A DNA stretch of 63,839 bases, the filler included, from Fonticula-like sp. SCN 57-25 (taxonomy: Eukaryota), in the NCBI GenBank assembly GCA_001724245.1. It is 3 parts of 3 records of this genome, joined end to end, with 100 filler letters (N's around TTAATTAATTAA, not from the genome) between each part and the next. Parts side by side here need not be neighbours in the genome. Positions count along the whole stretch, not along the records: positions 43,212 to 63,839 come from MEDX01000088.1; 2 more parts are not named here. The stretch is one strand, 5' to 3'. The position numbers and the translations under genes are program-made. Positions within the stretch are counted from its first letter, which is position 1, and each line of letters starts with the position of its first letter. Below, piece by piece: positions 49,319-62,900 of the stretch. The notes under the pieces were generated by a model. That model worked only from the letters and a program-made list of their open reading frames with translations. It was not told where the DNA came from and did no database searches.

Positions 49319-51254
49319 ATATGAGCTCGGGCTGCTGTTCGACGGAGACGAGCAAGTCGGAGGAGATATCGTGAGTTGGCGGGTAAAGTCCAAGAGAAGC
49401 GAAGCCGGCGGGGTCGTCAGAAGCGGTTCACGGACGCGTGGCATGCGGATGGCAATGGACACGGGGAAAAGGTAAATGGCAAATGCGTCGCCCCAGACTT
49501 GTTTCGAAGCGGGAAGCAACGCAAAATGGGCCGGGAACGAAACGGACACGGCAAGCAATGAAAAAAAAAAAGACCGCTGCGAGGAAAAATCCAATCAGAC
49601 TTGCTCGGCAAAACACACAAATCCCGATGGGGATGACGCCAGCAGTCCCGAATTGGTCAGCAAAACGCAACCCTTGCCGGCAGGCCTGGGCCGCGCCTCT
49701 CTCTGCAGAGGGTAAAAGCAAGAGTCGCGCTTGCCGCCTGCAGCAGAGACGACGCGCTCACTCGGCAGTTCACCTGGTCGCTCACCAGGGGATCCGCGCC
49801 AGCAACCTCTTGACGGACACACCGAGCCGAGTGCCCAAATCAATACACAAACGAAGCCACCAACAGAACACAAACACGCGTGGGACACGCACAAATCAGT
49901 TTTCTTGACAATGATCAGATAGTGATTAGCGGTTGACGAATCACAATGCAATTGCGTTTAGGGGTAAGACATGACGAAGAGAGTGTGGAATTCGAAGAGG
50001 TTGCGCGTTTTGCGCCGCGGTAGACATCTAGTGCGGCGCGGGCGCCGCAGAAAGGGCGATAACGCGTATTTAGTGTGTATTTGGCCAGAGCGATGTGGCC
50101 CGGCATAGCCGCGGATGGTACAGAGGCGCGATGTTGCCTTTGAAGGCGGCGGGAAAGGGCGGTGGGGAACAGGGGTACTAAAAGTGATCACTTGCACTCG
50201 CCTGCCTATGCCTTTGGGCACCGCCCTTTTCGATGCAAACAGTATTCAATGTGCGGCCGGCTTCCGCGCCTCGGGTCTCACCCCGAAGACCGCACGTTCG
50301 GCGCTCCCTAATATAGCGGTTCCCCGAATTCGCTTTACAGTATTACAGGATCGGCCGGAGGCGCGTCCGATCACAATCTTTGCAATGGAGGCTTTTGATT
50401 GGTCCACGTAACTATAGTTCACTGTACCGGTAATTAGCGACCTGATCACTCCAGACCGAAACGACAGCGGGGTGGACGCAAGAAAAAAAGGAGTAGAGCG
50501 CCGCCGCTTACGGTCAGCTGCTTTTCGTTTCGAAAGCCATCGGCAAGGAGTGGGCTTCGTGTTCGTCCCCTTTTCTGTCGCTGTAGCAAAGGGTGCGTGG
50601 CGAGGGAGAGATCGCGAGGGTTGGTGGTTGTGTGGGGAAGGGCAAGGGGGCCTCTATTGGAACGGCATTGCGCGGCCCCCCAGGAGCCATCGGCACCCGC
50701 TGAGCGATCCGTCGCCGCGGGCGCCAGCTCTCCTCATATTCGTCAAGAAACCCTCTCTTGCCCCTCATTTTTCTAACGGTCCTGCGGTTTAGTTGGTCAC
50801 TTTTCTTTGCCTGCGTCCCCTTTCCCCCTTATTTGCACCCCGCCCCTCAAGACACGCCTGGGAGAATCAGGGAACGACCTTGATCCTTGTCTAGGATCTT
50901 TCTATCGAGCCTCCTTTCAGTGCGGTGTCGTGAAAACAAGCCTTTCTGCCAGGCGCTCCTTGGGGTTAGTTTGTTTCCAAAGGAGTCAAGGGACTCCCCT
51001 CCCTACAAACACCTCAGTGGCCCTGCTATAGGTCCCCGTCGCTCGCCACTTTTCCTTCTCAATTTTCAGTCGGCCTCTTTCTAAAGCAACTGCACGCACA
51101 ACGCTCGTTGCGCAGAATTTGCTTTTCGGTGCGCGAGTTGAATTTTCCAGCGCCGCCGTCCATCATCCCGTGCGATCCTCTCTACTTGCCAGCAACTTGT
51201 GCTTACCTTTTTTCCCGCCTACCTTGCAGCGCGACTGTCGTTGATTTTCTGCCA

Positions 51255-52484
51255 ATGACAGCTTCGGTACATCCTGTGCTTTTCTCCGATGTTGTGCATG
51301 CCGCGGCCACGCTAGCGGCCGAGTCGCCGCCGCCCACGCCAAAGTCTGGGCATAGCAGCTCTGCTGGGTCGGACGCCGGTTCGCCGTCCAGCTCGCCCTC
51401 GGGCTCGCCGGGGCCCCTCTCTGCGGGATGTGGCGCTGGCGCCCCCCACGAGAAGCGCCGCCGCTACGCGTGCCTCTTTGGGTCGTGCAACCGCCGCTTT
51501 GCCCGGAGTGAGCACCTCATCCGCCACATTCGCACGCACACGGGCGAGAAGCCCTTTGTGTGCACCGTGCCAAACTGCGCCAAGCGCTTCAGCCGCAACG
51601 ACAACCTGCAGCAGCACATCCACACGCGGCACAAGGACATTGCGTCGCACGTCCGCAATGCCGCGCTGCTCGCCGCCAACAGCACCACGCCGCCGTCGCC
51701 GTCGACGCTCGCCAACATGGCCGTGGGCAGGATGCGCGTGCAGCCCTCGCCGGCGCGCAAGGAAGAGCAACTCTCGCAGCAGCAGCAGCAGCTTCTCCCC
51801 CCGATGCGCACCGACGCGCCGCACTCTGTGCAGGCGATGGGCCAGCCCATGTCGATGTGGATGCCCGTGCCCAACCCGGGCGCGCCCGCCGAGTACCAGA
51901 TCGCGCCCAACGGCGAGGTCCTCCCCACGGGGTACTACGTGGACATGTCGGCGAACCTCGGCCACCACCGCGCCCCGATGTCGCAGCCCATGGGCCCCGG
52001 CGCGGCGCACCTGACGTCGACGATATACCCGCACAGCAGCCTCGTGGCGCAGCCCGTCGGCATGTGGCCGCCGCTGCGCCTCTGCAGCCGCTTCATGGCC
52101 GTGTCGCCCTCGCACGGCCCTCAGCCGCACAGCCCGCTGGCGTCGCCGATGGCTCCCGCGTCGTCGGTCGGCGGCTCCATCCTCTCGCCCATCAGGATGC
52201 CGCTCCCTGTCCCAGGGTCGCTCTCCGAGGCGGCGCCGTCCAGCGCAGGAGTCGCGGCAGATTCATTACAGCAGTACCGCGTGGCGCCCGAGCCGAACGC
52301 CAAGTTTAGCCCCGCCACTGGCCGCATGGACGCCCTCTCGGCGGTCGTGATGATGCAGCTCGGCGAGACGGCAACGAGAGATGCCGCGCCGGTAAAGCAG
52401 GAGGACAGCAGCGAATCCCTCGCTGGGGAGACGGTCAACGCTATGCCGCGGTCGGCAATCTCTCTTAGCGATATTGTGCAGTGA
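51255..52484 (+). CDS. Two-finger C2H2 transcription factor (Mig1/CreA/Usv1/EGR-like), intronless
   Basis: [56 protein letters not shown]; long Pro/Gln/Met-rich tail ending ISLSDIVQ. Confidence 0.88.
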   Translation: MTASVHPVLFSDVVHAAATLAAESPPPTPKSGHSSSAGSDAGSPSSSPSGSPGPLSAGCGAGAPHEKRRRYACLFGSCNRRFARSEHLIRHIRTHTGEKPFVCTVPNCAKRFSRNDNLQQHIHTRHKDIASHVRNAALLAANSTTPPSPSTLANMAVGRMRVQPSPARKEEQLSQQQQQLLPPMRTDAPHSVQAMGQPMSMWMPVPNPGAPAEYQIAPNGEVLPTGYYVDMSANLGHHRAPMSQPMGPGAAHLTSTIYPHSSLVAQPVGMWPPLRLCSRFMAVSPSHGPQPHSPLASPMAPASSVGGSILSPIRMPLPVPGSLSEAAPSSAGVAADSLQQYRVAPEPNAKFSPATGRMDALSAVVMMQLGETATRDAAPVKQEDSSESLAGETVNAMPRSAISLSDIVQ

Positions 52485-52896
52485 GGGGTAATTGGGAAGC
52501 CGGCGTTTTGTGAGCAGACCAGTGAGAATGCGCATTGGTGTATTTAGGAATTCGTATGATTCGTTTTTATATTATATATATATGATGTTATTGTGAGTTT
52601 TGCAAAGCTGGACTTTACATTTTCTTTCGATGTCGCTACTCTTGAGTTATCGCCTCGCACTATTTCGTTGGTATGCTGTGAATACTGATGGCCCCCGCCT
52701 CAGATGGCAAAGGCCAAATATATACGAATTACCATTTGACAATCGTTCATTATACACAAAATTCCTGCTGAGCAACAGATGCACCAGACACGCGAAAGGC
52801 CCACAGATACTGAAAATACAAAAAATCGCAAACCCAGAAAAACACGCACACCACATGGGCACAATGGATAGTTCTACGAAAAGGTTTTCTTGAGCC

Positions 52897-53413
52897 CTAT
52901 GACAATGCGGGCGGCATCACTTTCCGCTCAGAATTGGCGTAGATCAGTACAGAGATATCCCCGCAGGTGACCTCAACGGCTTCGCTTTCAGCGGCGTCGT
53001 CCTTTTCTTGCGCACGCTGCGCTGCTCCACGTCGCCGAGGAGACGTGGTTTGCGAGCTGGATGCCTGGCTCCTCGATCCGATTTGCCGGTGTTTCGGCGG
53101 CGATCTATGTCCGCCTTCGCCGCTGTAAAACCGTGTTAAATATTCAATTATGCTAAAAAAAGGAATAAAATGTACCCTCTACGCGAAGAGCGGCTTTCGA
53201 TGACTGACGCCAAGTACTCGACCTGCTGTGCCGCGACGCGGGCCTTTCGGCTCGTTGTCCCCTTCAACGTGCCGCACATCTTGCATGTTGCCACTTTGAC
53301 AACATTCAAAAATGTGCAAACGGTGCACTCCCACATTTGCTTCGAGTCTACAAAACCTGTTAGACATGACACGCAAACTTCTGGACGCAGCCGGCGCACG
53401 CACCGTCCGACAT
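52897..53413 (-). CDS. RYBP: RYBP/YAF2-like protein (RanBP2/NZF finger + YAF2_RYBP C-terminal motif), 3 exons
   Basis: Spliced in frame: MSDG|FVDSKQMWECTVCTFLN...CKMCGTLKGTTSRKARVAAQQV...|...EAVEVTCGDISVLIY, matching RYBP WDCSVCTFRN...KGTSTRKPR...VAQQV and AVTVGNVTVII. Confidence 0.75.
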
Positions 53414-53638
53414 GGCCCCCTAAAGTGTCGGCCGCAGCCTCGGGCAGCAAGGCTGCAGCAAGGGATGACTGTCCCTTAAAAACGACGAAACGGACCCTAA
53501 AAATATCAAAAGTCTGGGGCAGATTCATCCCTGCCGCGTGGTTTTTTCTCCTGCTGAAAGCATCAGCGTCGCCCGAGTGAAGCGCGCCTCGCCTGATCGT
53601 CGACAGGCTTTGGCACTTGCACACGTGGTTTTACCGAC

Positions 53639-56495
53639 ATGAATTGGGAGCCCCAGGCCAACGTGCTGCAGGAGTTACAGCACCTGCTCAATGGGGTCGG
53701 CAACGCGAACAATGCCCACCACCGCGAGGTTCTCGAGGTACGCGTGCCCTGCCAGAGGATCGTTTCCACGTTCTGACTCTTTTTTCGTTAACAGCGGTTG
53801 CAACAAATGAACGCGATGCCGGACATCAACAACTACCTGATGTATCTCTTTATGAACATGCCGAATGAGTTGGACACGGTGCGCGCGACCGCCGGTCTCG
53901 TGCTCAAGAACAACGTGCGCGCCGGGTACATGCAGATGAATCCGCAGGTCAAGGAATACATCAAGCAAAACTGCCTGAGGGGGATCGCGGACCCGTCGCC
54001 ACTTGTCCGCAGCACCATCGGGTCCGTCATCACGACGATCCTTACTGCAGGCCAGGATTGGCCGCAGCTCGTCCCTGCCCTCGTCAATCTGCTCTCGAAC
54101 CCGCCGGACGTGGTCGTAATCGAGGTACGCCGCCCGGTTTGGTGAACGCGGCGATGCTCACTCGTGATTCTTTAGAGCGCGCTCTCTGCCCTCGCAAAGA
54201 TCTGCGACGACACGGCCTCCATGATGGACTATGGCACGGCCCAGATGCTCGTCCCTGTCTTCCTCCGGTTCTTTGAGCATCCCGAGGCCAAGGTTCGCGA
54301 GCTTGCGATCACGGCGACGAACCAGTTCATCAGCACGCGCGTGCAGGGCGGCCAGCCGGCTGTGCACCCTGCCCTGCTGCAGCACATTGACACGTTCATC
54401 CAGGTACTGGTCTCATGTCTTTGATCGATGCCCGTGCTCACGCTACGTTCAGGGCCTGTACAACCGCGCGACCGATCCCTCCCCCGACGTCCGCCGCCTG
54501 GTCTGCCAGGGCCTGGTGTACCTGCTGGAGATGGAGTCGGACAAGCTGATGCCGCAGATGCCGGCCATCATTGAGTTTATGCTGCACTCGACGAGCGACG
54601 CGGATGAGCGCGTGGCGTTGGAGGTGTGCGATTTCTGGATGGCCATTGCCGAGGTGCCCGAGGCGTACCCGCTGGTCGAGGCCGTGCTGCCGCGCCTTGT
54701 CCCCATCCTCATTGGCGGTATGATCTACCAGGACGATGACATTGCGCTCCTGCGCGCTGACGAGGAGGACTTTGCCGAGCCGGACCGCCGCGAGGACATC
54801 AAGCCCAACTTTTACCATGTCAGGACTCACGTGGCTGGCTCCACGGACATGACGGCGGATGTGGCAGTTGACGTTGATGACGGCGATGACGAGGACGACG
54901 AGGACGGCGGCATTGACGACGAGGGCATGGGCGAGTGGAACTTTAGGAAAAGCTCGGCCGCGAGCATCGACCAGCTCTCGAGCGTGTTTGGCGAGGGCCT
55001 CCTGCCGCACGTTCTCCCGCTGGTTGAGCCGCTGCTCCAGTCGCAAGAGTGGAAGCAGCGCGAGTGCGGTATCCTTGTGATTGGCGCGATCGCCGAGGGC
55101 TGCGCGCAGGCGCTCGAGCCGCACCTTCCCCAGCTCTCGACGTACCTGCTCCGCATGATGCAGGACGAGAAGCCGCTCGTGCGCAGCATTGCGTGCTGGA
55201 CGGTGAGCCGGTTCTCGTCGTGGTACGTGCGCCACCAGACGGACGACTACCTGAGGCCGATCCTCTGGCTCCTTCTCAAGGGCATGCTCGACCGCAAGAA
55301 GCGCGTCCAGGAGGCGGCGTGCAGCGCGCTCGGCACCCTTGAGGAGCAGGCGCAGGAGCGCCTCGTGCCGTACCTGGAGCCGATGCTGCAGCACATCACG
55401 CAGGCCTTTGGCATGTACAAGCACAAGAACCTCTTGATCCTCTATGACACGCTGAGCACGCTCGCGACGTCGGTCGGCAGCGTGCTCAACACGCCGCAGT
55501 ATGTCTCCCTCATCATGCAGCCGCTGCAGGACAAGTGGCTTGCGCTCGGCGACAATGACGACAACCTCTTCCCGCTGCTCGAGTGCATGGCGACCGTGGC
55601 GACCGTGCTTGGCCTCGGCTTTTTGCCGTATGCGCCGGCCGTGTTTGACCGCTGCCTCCGCCTGATTGCGAGCACGTACGAGCGCGAGCGCCTCCACGAG
55701 CAGGACCCCGCGCAGTACGAGGAGGTGAACAAGGACTATGTGATCGTGGGCCTCGACCTGCTGAGCGGCGTCGTGGAGGGCCTCGGCCAGTCGGTCGAGT
55801 CGCTCGTGGAGGGTAACCCGCAGATGATGAGCCTGCTCGCCGTGTGCATGAACGACGCGGTGCCCGAGGTGCGCCAGAGCGCCTTTGCGCTGCTCGGCGA
55901 CCTCTCGTCGTCGTGCTTTGTGCACGTGCGCCCGCACGTCAACGGCTACTTTGTGTACCTCGAGCGCAACCTCGTGCCGACGCACGTCTCGACCTGCAAC
56001 AATGCCGCGTGGGCGCTCGGCGAGATTGCGCTGCAGCTCGGCTCGGACATGGACGCGTTTGCCCAGGTCGCCCTGCCGATCCTCATCAACATCCTGCACA
56101 TGGACCGCACCGCGCTCCCGCTCACCCTGCTGGAGAACATTGCGGTCGCCATCGGCAGGCTCGGAAAGTCGTCCCCGGCCGTCGTCGCGCCGCACCTCCC
56201 AGTGTTCCTCGAGAACTGGTGCAGATACGTAAAGGTCATCCGCGACAACGCAGAAAAGGAGTCGGCATTTTTCGGCATCTGCAGCGTCGTCGAGCGCAAC
56301 CCCAACGGTGCTGTCGGGTCATTCATGTTCCTCTGCGACGCGTTCGCGTCGTGGACAAGTCCGTCGGCTGACCTCGCCGCGCGTATCGGAGCGCTGTTGA
56401 GCAACTTTAAGGCGTCGGCAGGGGCGCAGTGGGCGACGTTTTTCAACAACTGCCCGGACACGCTCGCTAGACTCGAGCAGTTCTACCGCATTTAA
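53639..56495 (+). CDS. TNPO1: Transportin-1 / karyopherin beta-2
   Basis: MNWEPQ; PDINNYL; RATAGLVLKNN; acidic loop PDRREDIKP...DDEDDEDG...WNFRKSSAASID; KKRVQEAACSA; YKHKNLLILYD; PEVRQSAFALLGD; NNAAWALGEI. Confidence 0.95.
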
Positions 56496-56969
56496 GAGTC
56501 ATACAATCAAATTAACTAGGTGTGGGCGCGCGCGGGCGCGTCGAGTATGTCGAAAGACGTTTTATCATTCAGTATCTTGAAAGTGATCTTTTTCTCTCAT
56601 GAAAATGTTGCCAAAGGATGAGCCGCGCGAGCCGAAAAGTTCTCGACTTGCGCGTCATCTTTGTGATTTTGATTTGCTTCTGCCGTCTTTGTGTTGTGTG
56701 CGTGTTTGTGATTGTTGTGCGTGTGTGCGTGTGTATAATGTGTGAGGCGGAAGCAATGACTCTTTGTTTTTCGAAACAATATAATTATTTATATCTATAA
56801 TATATACCCGGGAAAACATTTGGGTGAAACACAGCGACTCGCCGCGACCCCTCAAATACACACCCGCCGACAGTCATTGACGTGAAGGCGAGTAAAACAA
56901 AGCAGAGAAATGAAAGAGAACCTTTGCCGAAATCCGAGTGCATCATGTAAATATGCGTTTTTATGACCT

Positions 56970-57310
56970 CTACTCCTTTGCCGTCTTAAGTATGCTGAGC
57001 AGCTGCTTGCTTACCTCGAACATGTCCGCGAGCGTCGCCTTGAGCTCCGCCTCGGCCTCCTTTCGCTCCGCGAGCGCCTGCCTCACCTCGAGCAGCAGCT
57101 CGTGCACATTGCGCGGCAGCGGCTCGTCGCCGCTCCCGGCGCTCCCCAGCCGCATCATCTTGCCGCCGCCGCCCTGCCCGCCGGAAGACGACGGCGTCTC
57201 GGGCATCACGCCGCCGTCGTCAAAGGACCGCTTGCGGCCGCTGCGCGACAGCGCGTCGCCTGCGTCGTCGTCGTCGTCAAACCGCAGCCCGTTGACGCCG
57301 GGCGAACCAG

Positions 57311-57346
<36 letters not shown>

Positions 57347-58150
57347 TGTGGTGCATCGTGGACGGCGTCGCGGGAGAAAGGCCGTCGCTCGCGCCGCCGT
57401 CGCCGCCTTCCAGCACAGCGCGCATCTGCGGGTTCGCCTTGAAAAGGTCGTCCATTTCGCCGAAAAACTCGAAATTTCGCCGCCCGTGGCCCGCTTGAAG
57501 CGATTCCTTGGCGGCCTAGCGTCAAGATCAGGTCAGTCGCGCTGATACAAAAAACAAAAAGAAGGAAAGGAGGCGTACGCGGTACGACTTTGAGAGGACT
57601 TTCCACCTGTTGCGGCACTGCTCGAATGACCGCTTAAAGCCCTTGCCGGTAAGGCGCGAAGCGAGGCGCTCCCACACGAGCCGATTCCGCTTTGTCGTCC
57701 GGAAATCGGCCAGCATATCAACGTAAATTTGAAGGAAAACGCGCGTTTCAACAACGCCCCACCGCTATTAAAGGGCGCAAATGTGTTAGAGCGCACGTAA
57801 AAGAGATGTAATTCGGTCCAAGTGCGTCGCACCTCTTGGTTCTCTATTTCTCCTGTGCCGCTGCGCCCAAGCAGCGGCGTCAACTTTTCATCGGCGGCGA
57901 CCCCGAGATCCGACTTTGATACGCTCCCGCGCCCGCCTTCATTGCCTCCGCCGCTGCCGGCGCTGCCGGCGGGCGTGCCCATATGATGTACATACGAGGT
58001 GTGATCGTGCAGGGCATGGAGGTGGTGGTGGTGGTGGTGGTGATGCAAGCCGGGGACGATCTCGTTCATAAGGCCGTCCGAAACGAGGCCGCCAATAGGC
58101 TTGGCCTCCAGGGTGTTTGCCACCTGCTCCTCCTCTGACCGCTCCATCAA
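56970..58150 (-). CDS. Trihelix (GT-1/MSANTD, Myb_DNA-bind_4) transcription factor with poly-His and poly-Gln tracts and a C-terminal coiled coil
   Basis: Spliced RWGVVETRVFLQIY...RNRLVWERLASRL..KGFKRSFEQCRNRWKVLSKSYR...FEFFGEMDDLF. Confidence 0.8.
57312..57344 (-). repeat. (CAG)n microsatellite encoding poly-Gln
   Basis: Run of CTG triplets on the + strand within the trihelix CDS. Confidence 0.9.
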
Positions 58151-58561
58151 TTATCCACAGGCCGAGGCACGCAAATGCGGGTTGGCGGAGGGCCGCGCGA
58201 CAAAAGAACCGATCGGCAAGAGCGCGCCCTTGCTAGATGATCTCGCCGAATATTCGCCGACGATCGCAATAAAAAAGTAAAAATGCCTATCGCCCCAGTG
58301 CCGTCCTATTGCCCCTAGTCACCCCAGAAGCACGGTCGGTGCGCGATCGAGAGCGCACAAGAACGCTCAAGTCGCCTCTGGAAGGCACCTCACTGCGGCT
58401 CAATTGAGCCGATTTGGAAAGTGGCAGCTTGACAAATTTGCAAATCTGACGATTTTTGTGGGTAATATCGTTCCAGTGTTATGCGACCAGAATACAATAG
58501 GTAATGGCCACGGTACATGCAGTGAATAGCGTGCATAATTCTTCATTAAATATATTTATAA

Positions 58562-59870
<1,309 letters not shown>

Positions 59871-59951
59871 CGTGTACTGGTGAATTTAACGAGAATATAA
59901 TCACAGCATCCAACAGGTGTTTGCAGGCGCCGTGGTCGAGACCGCCACGAG

Positions 59952-62900
59952 ATGGCTGCAGCGAGGCGGCAGCGATGGCTAGCGCTGGCCTTGCTTCTCT
60001 CCATAGCGGCGTCAAGCGGTGCGCATTAGACTGTGGTGGCTTGGCACTCACGAGGGAGGTTAGCGAGCGCCTATGTCCGGGTCAATCAGATCGACGGCGC
60101 AACGACGAAACGTAGCGCGCCAGACCAAAACTTTGCAGTGACTCTTATAACCGATCTCATTTCAATTGCATCTCTTGGGATCAATGAGACCACCAATGGG
60201 GCCCACCTGGTCCCTCTTGACCACTCTGAAATAGCATATTTTGGGTTTAATTTTAGTGAAGTCGCCACAGTACGTCTAGTCGCTGGCTGAGCCTGCGCTG
60301 TGCGCTAACGTTCAATTTTCAATAACCATCTAGTCCTCGCAAACTTGCGCAACAGGCAATGTAAGCCTATACATTCACTTTACCCCATGTGGCGGCGGCT
60401 CCATCGAAGTACCTTCTATTTTTGTAATTGACTCGCCGTCGTTGGATACGTACGCGGGCGGCCGGCTATTGAGACAGCAGCTTACATTCATACTATAGGG
60501 CACTTTCGGCGATTACATGGAATAATCAGCCTTCAATAGACACTTTGTTGTTTGTTAACGAGACGTTTTCAAGCTACACCGTGGCCTCGGTGGGCCTGCC
60601 TACGGGCGACACGTGCGGCCGAGTTATTTCTTTCTCTCAATCTATTAACCATTCGCGCTTGCCTACCACCTTCAACATATCACTTTACAATACCTATTTG
60701 ATACAAGCAGTCTTCAGCCCCCTTGGTATGAGATTTCGTCGTCTATGCTATCTACGTGGGCAAATTCCGCATTCCGCCGAAACGTTCAGGTGTGTTCACA
60801 CTGATACGAATATCTTTAAGCTAACCCATGACTGTCCTCTTCAAGATGGACATTCTTCGCTTGGCACATGTATCTGCGGATTTCACACAGTCGTGCACCA
60901 GTTCTCATCTAACCAAGCCGGCGTATACTCTTGGTGCCTTCCTCGCAATTGATGATATCATGGATTGCCACGCCGACGCAACTTGCAACCAAGGACCCGA
61001 TGGCGCTAGCTGTGAATGCAACACTAATTATATCGGAAACGGAACGCACTGCAGCTACACACCTTGCGAGCAGGGCATCTTTGGTAACGCGGCGTTTCCC
61101 AAGGCGGCTATCGGCTCCACCGTACCCGGCGTGTGCTTTTCTTTGTACAGCGGTAGCCCTTTGATGACGTGTACTGCGGAAGGTTGGAGTGAAGTATCGA
61201 ATCCTTGCGTTAGTGCGTGTTACATTTTTTCATTGTCTTTATCACTTGGCTAAAGCATGGTGCATGGTAGAAATCACGTGCCCGGCGGACACAACGTCGG
61301 CAGTAGGCCATGCGAGTTACCCGATTACTGATGCGGGTACCACCGCGAGTGGCACTTGCAACACCGGCTACATGGGGTCGGCCACGAGGACCTGTTCTGG
61401 GACCGGCTTGTGGGCTACCTCTGCCACAACGTCCTGTACCCGTTCGTGTTTATAAGGTCTCTTTGTGATTAAGCTGACACATATGATTGACAGGAGCTAC
61501 CTGCCCCGCAATAGTAATAGTTGCTGAAAATGCGAGCTTCCCAAAAACGAATAGCATGACGTATGCCTCTGGTACATGCGGCTCTGGTTATCTCGCTGGT
61601 CCCACTGGCCCCCCTACCGCATTCTGCTCATCGGAGGGTGTCTGGGGTCCTGTCTCGAATCCCTGCGTCAGTGCGTGTTTAAAGCACCCCCGCTGGCGCC
61701 ATGCTGCGAAGCACAGGTTAATTCCACAGCTGGCTATGCACACTTTCCTCGCACTCCCATCAACACCGTCGCAACCGGTACTTGCATGACCGGCTACTCG
61801 GGTTCCGCGACGAAGGACTGTTTAGATAGCGGTTGGTCTATCCAACCCATAACTTCATGCATTCGTTCGTGTTTCGATTGAGTCTTGTGATAGCGCTGAC
61901 ACAGTCGATAGGAAACACGTGCCCGCAAACGACTATTAACAATGCGACTTTCCCCAGAACGAACAGCATGACGACGGTTAGTGGTACATGTGCTACAGGT
62001 TACATGGGAAACCCATCCGCAACCTGCTCGGCGGCTGGTACATGGGGCAGCGTCTCCTACCCCTGCACCAGTGCGTGTTTGCAATGCCTCGAGTGGTGCT
62101 ATGCTTACGTAGCACGATTAGAACGAACACACTGCGATGCACAGCCTAATTCAGCAGTTGGATATGCAAGCTTCCCCCTCACGCCCATCAACACAGTCGC
62201 AACCGGTATTTGCATGACCGGCTACGGGGGGTCGGCAAAGAAGACCTGTACTTCGACCGGAGTATGGGCTACCTCTGCCCAATCGTCGTGCACTCGTAGG
62301 TCTATATCTTGCCTTTTGCTTTGCTTACTTGCGTCTTTAGGCCTCAAGTGCATGGGAATGACCGTGGGCGGTGCGACCTACCCACAGACGGATAGCATGA
62401 CGACGGCCTACGGTACATGCATTTCAACCTATGAAGGCACCCCTATTGCAACCTGCTCAGCGACGGGTCTCTGGAACTTTACAACCACCTGCACCAGTGC
62501 GTATCTCTGCATTACATAATCATTTGTTTCGGTTCTGATGCATGGTAGAAATCCAATGCGAAGAGGATACATTCTCCTCAGTTGGACATGCAAACTATCC
62601 GCTCACCGATGCGGGTACCAATGGTGTTGGTACTTGCAACATTGGCTACGAAGGGTTGGCAACGCGCGCTTGCGATGAATGGGGTTTCTGGTCTCACGAT
62701 GCCATCACATCGTGTACTCGTACGTTTAGTTTATTCCTTGTACTCAAACTTACTTTCATTTTATTAGGAATCATGTGCCCACCTGCCACTATTGGCACTG
62801 CCTCATTTGAAGCGACTTATAGCATGACGATGGTGTACGGTACCTGCGCATCAACATATATCGGCTCCCCAACCGCAACCTGCTTAGCCAATGGTACCTG

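Noticed and set aside
54438-56195. Long antisense ORFs (585 aa opposite transportin; similar ones opposite LYST, dynamin, CPOX and the C2H2 gene)
   Set aside because: Expected shadow of GC-rich codon usage; no recognisable domains.
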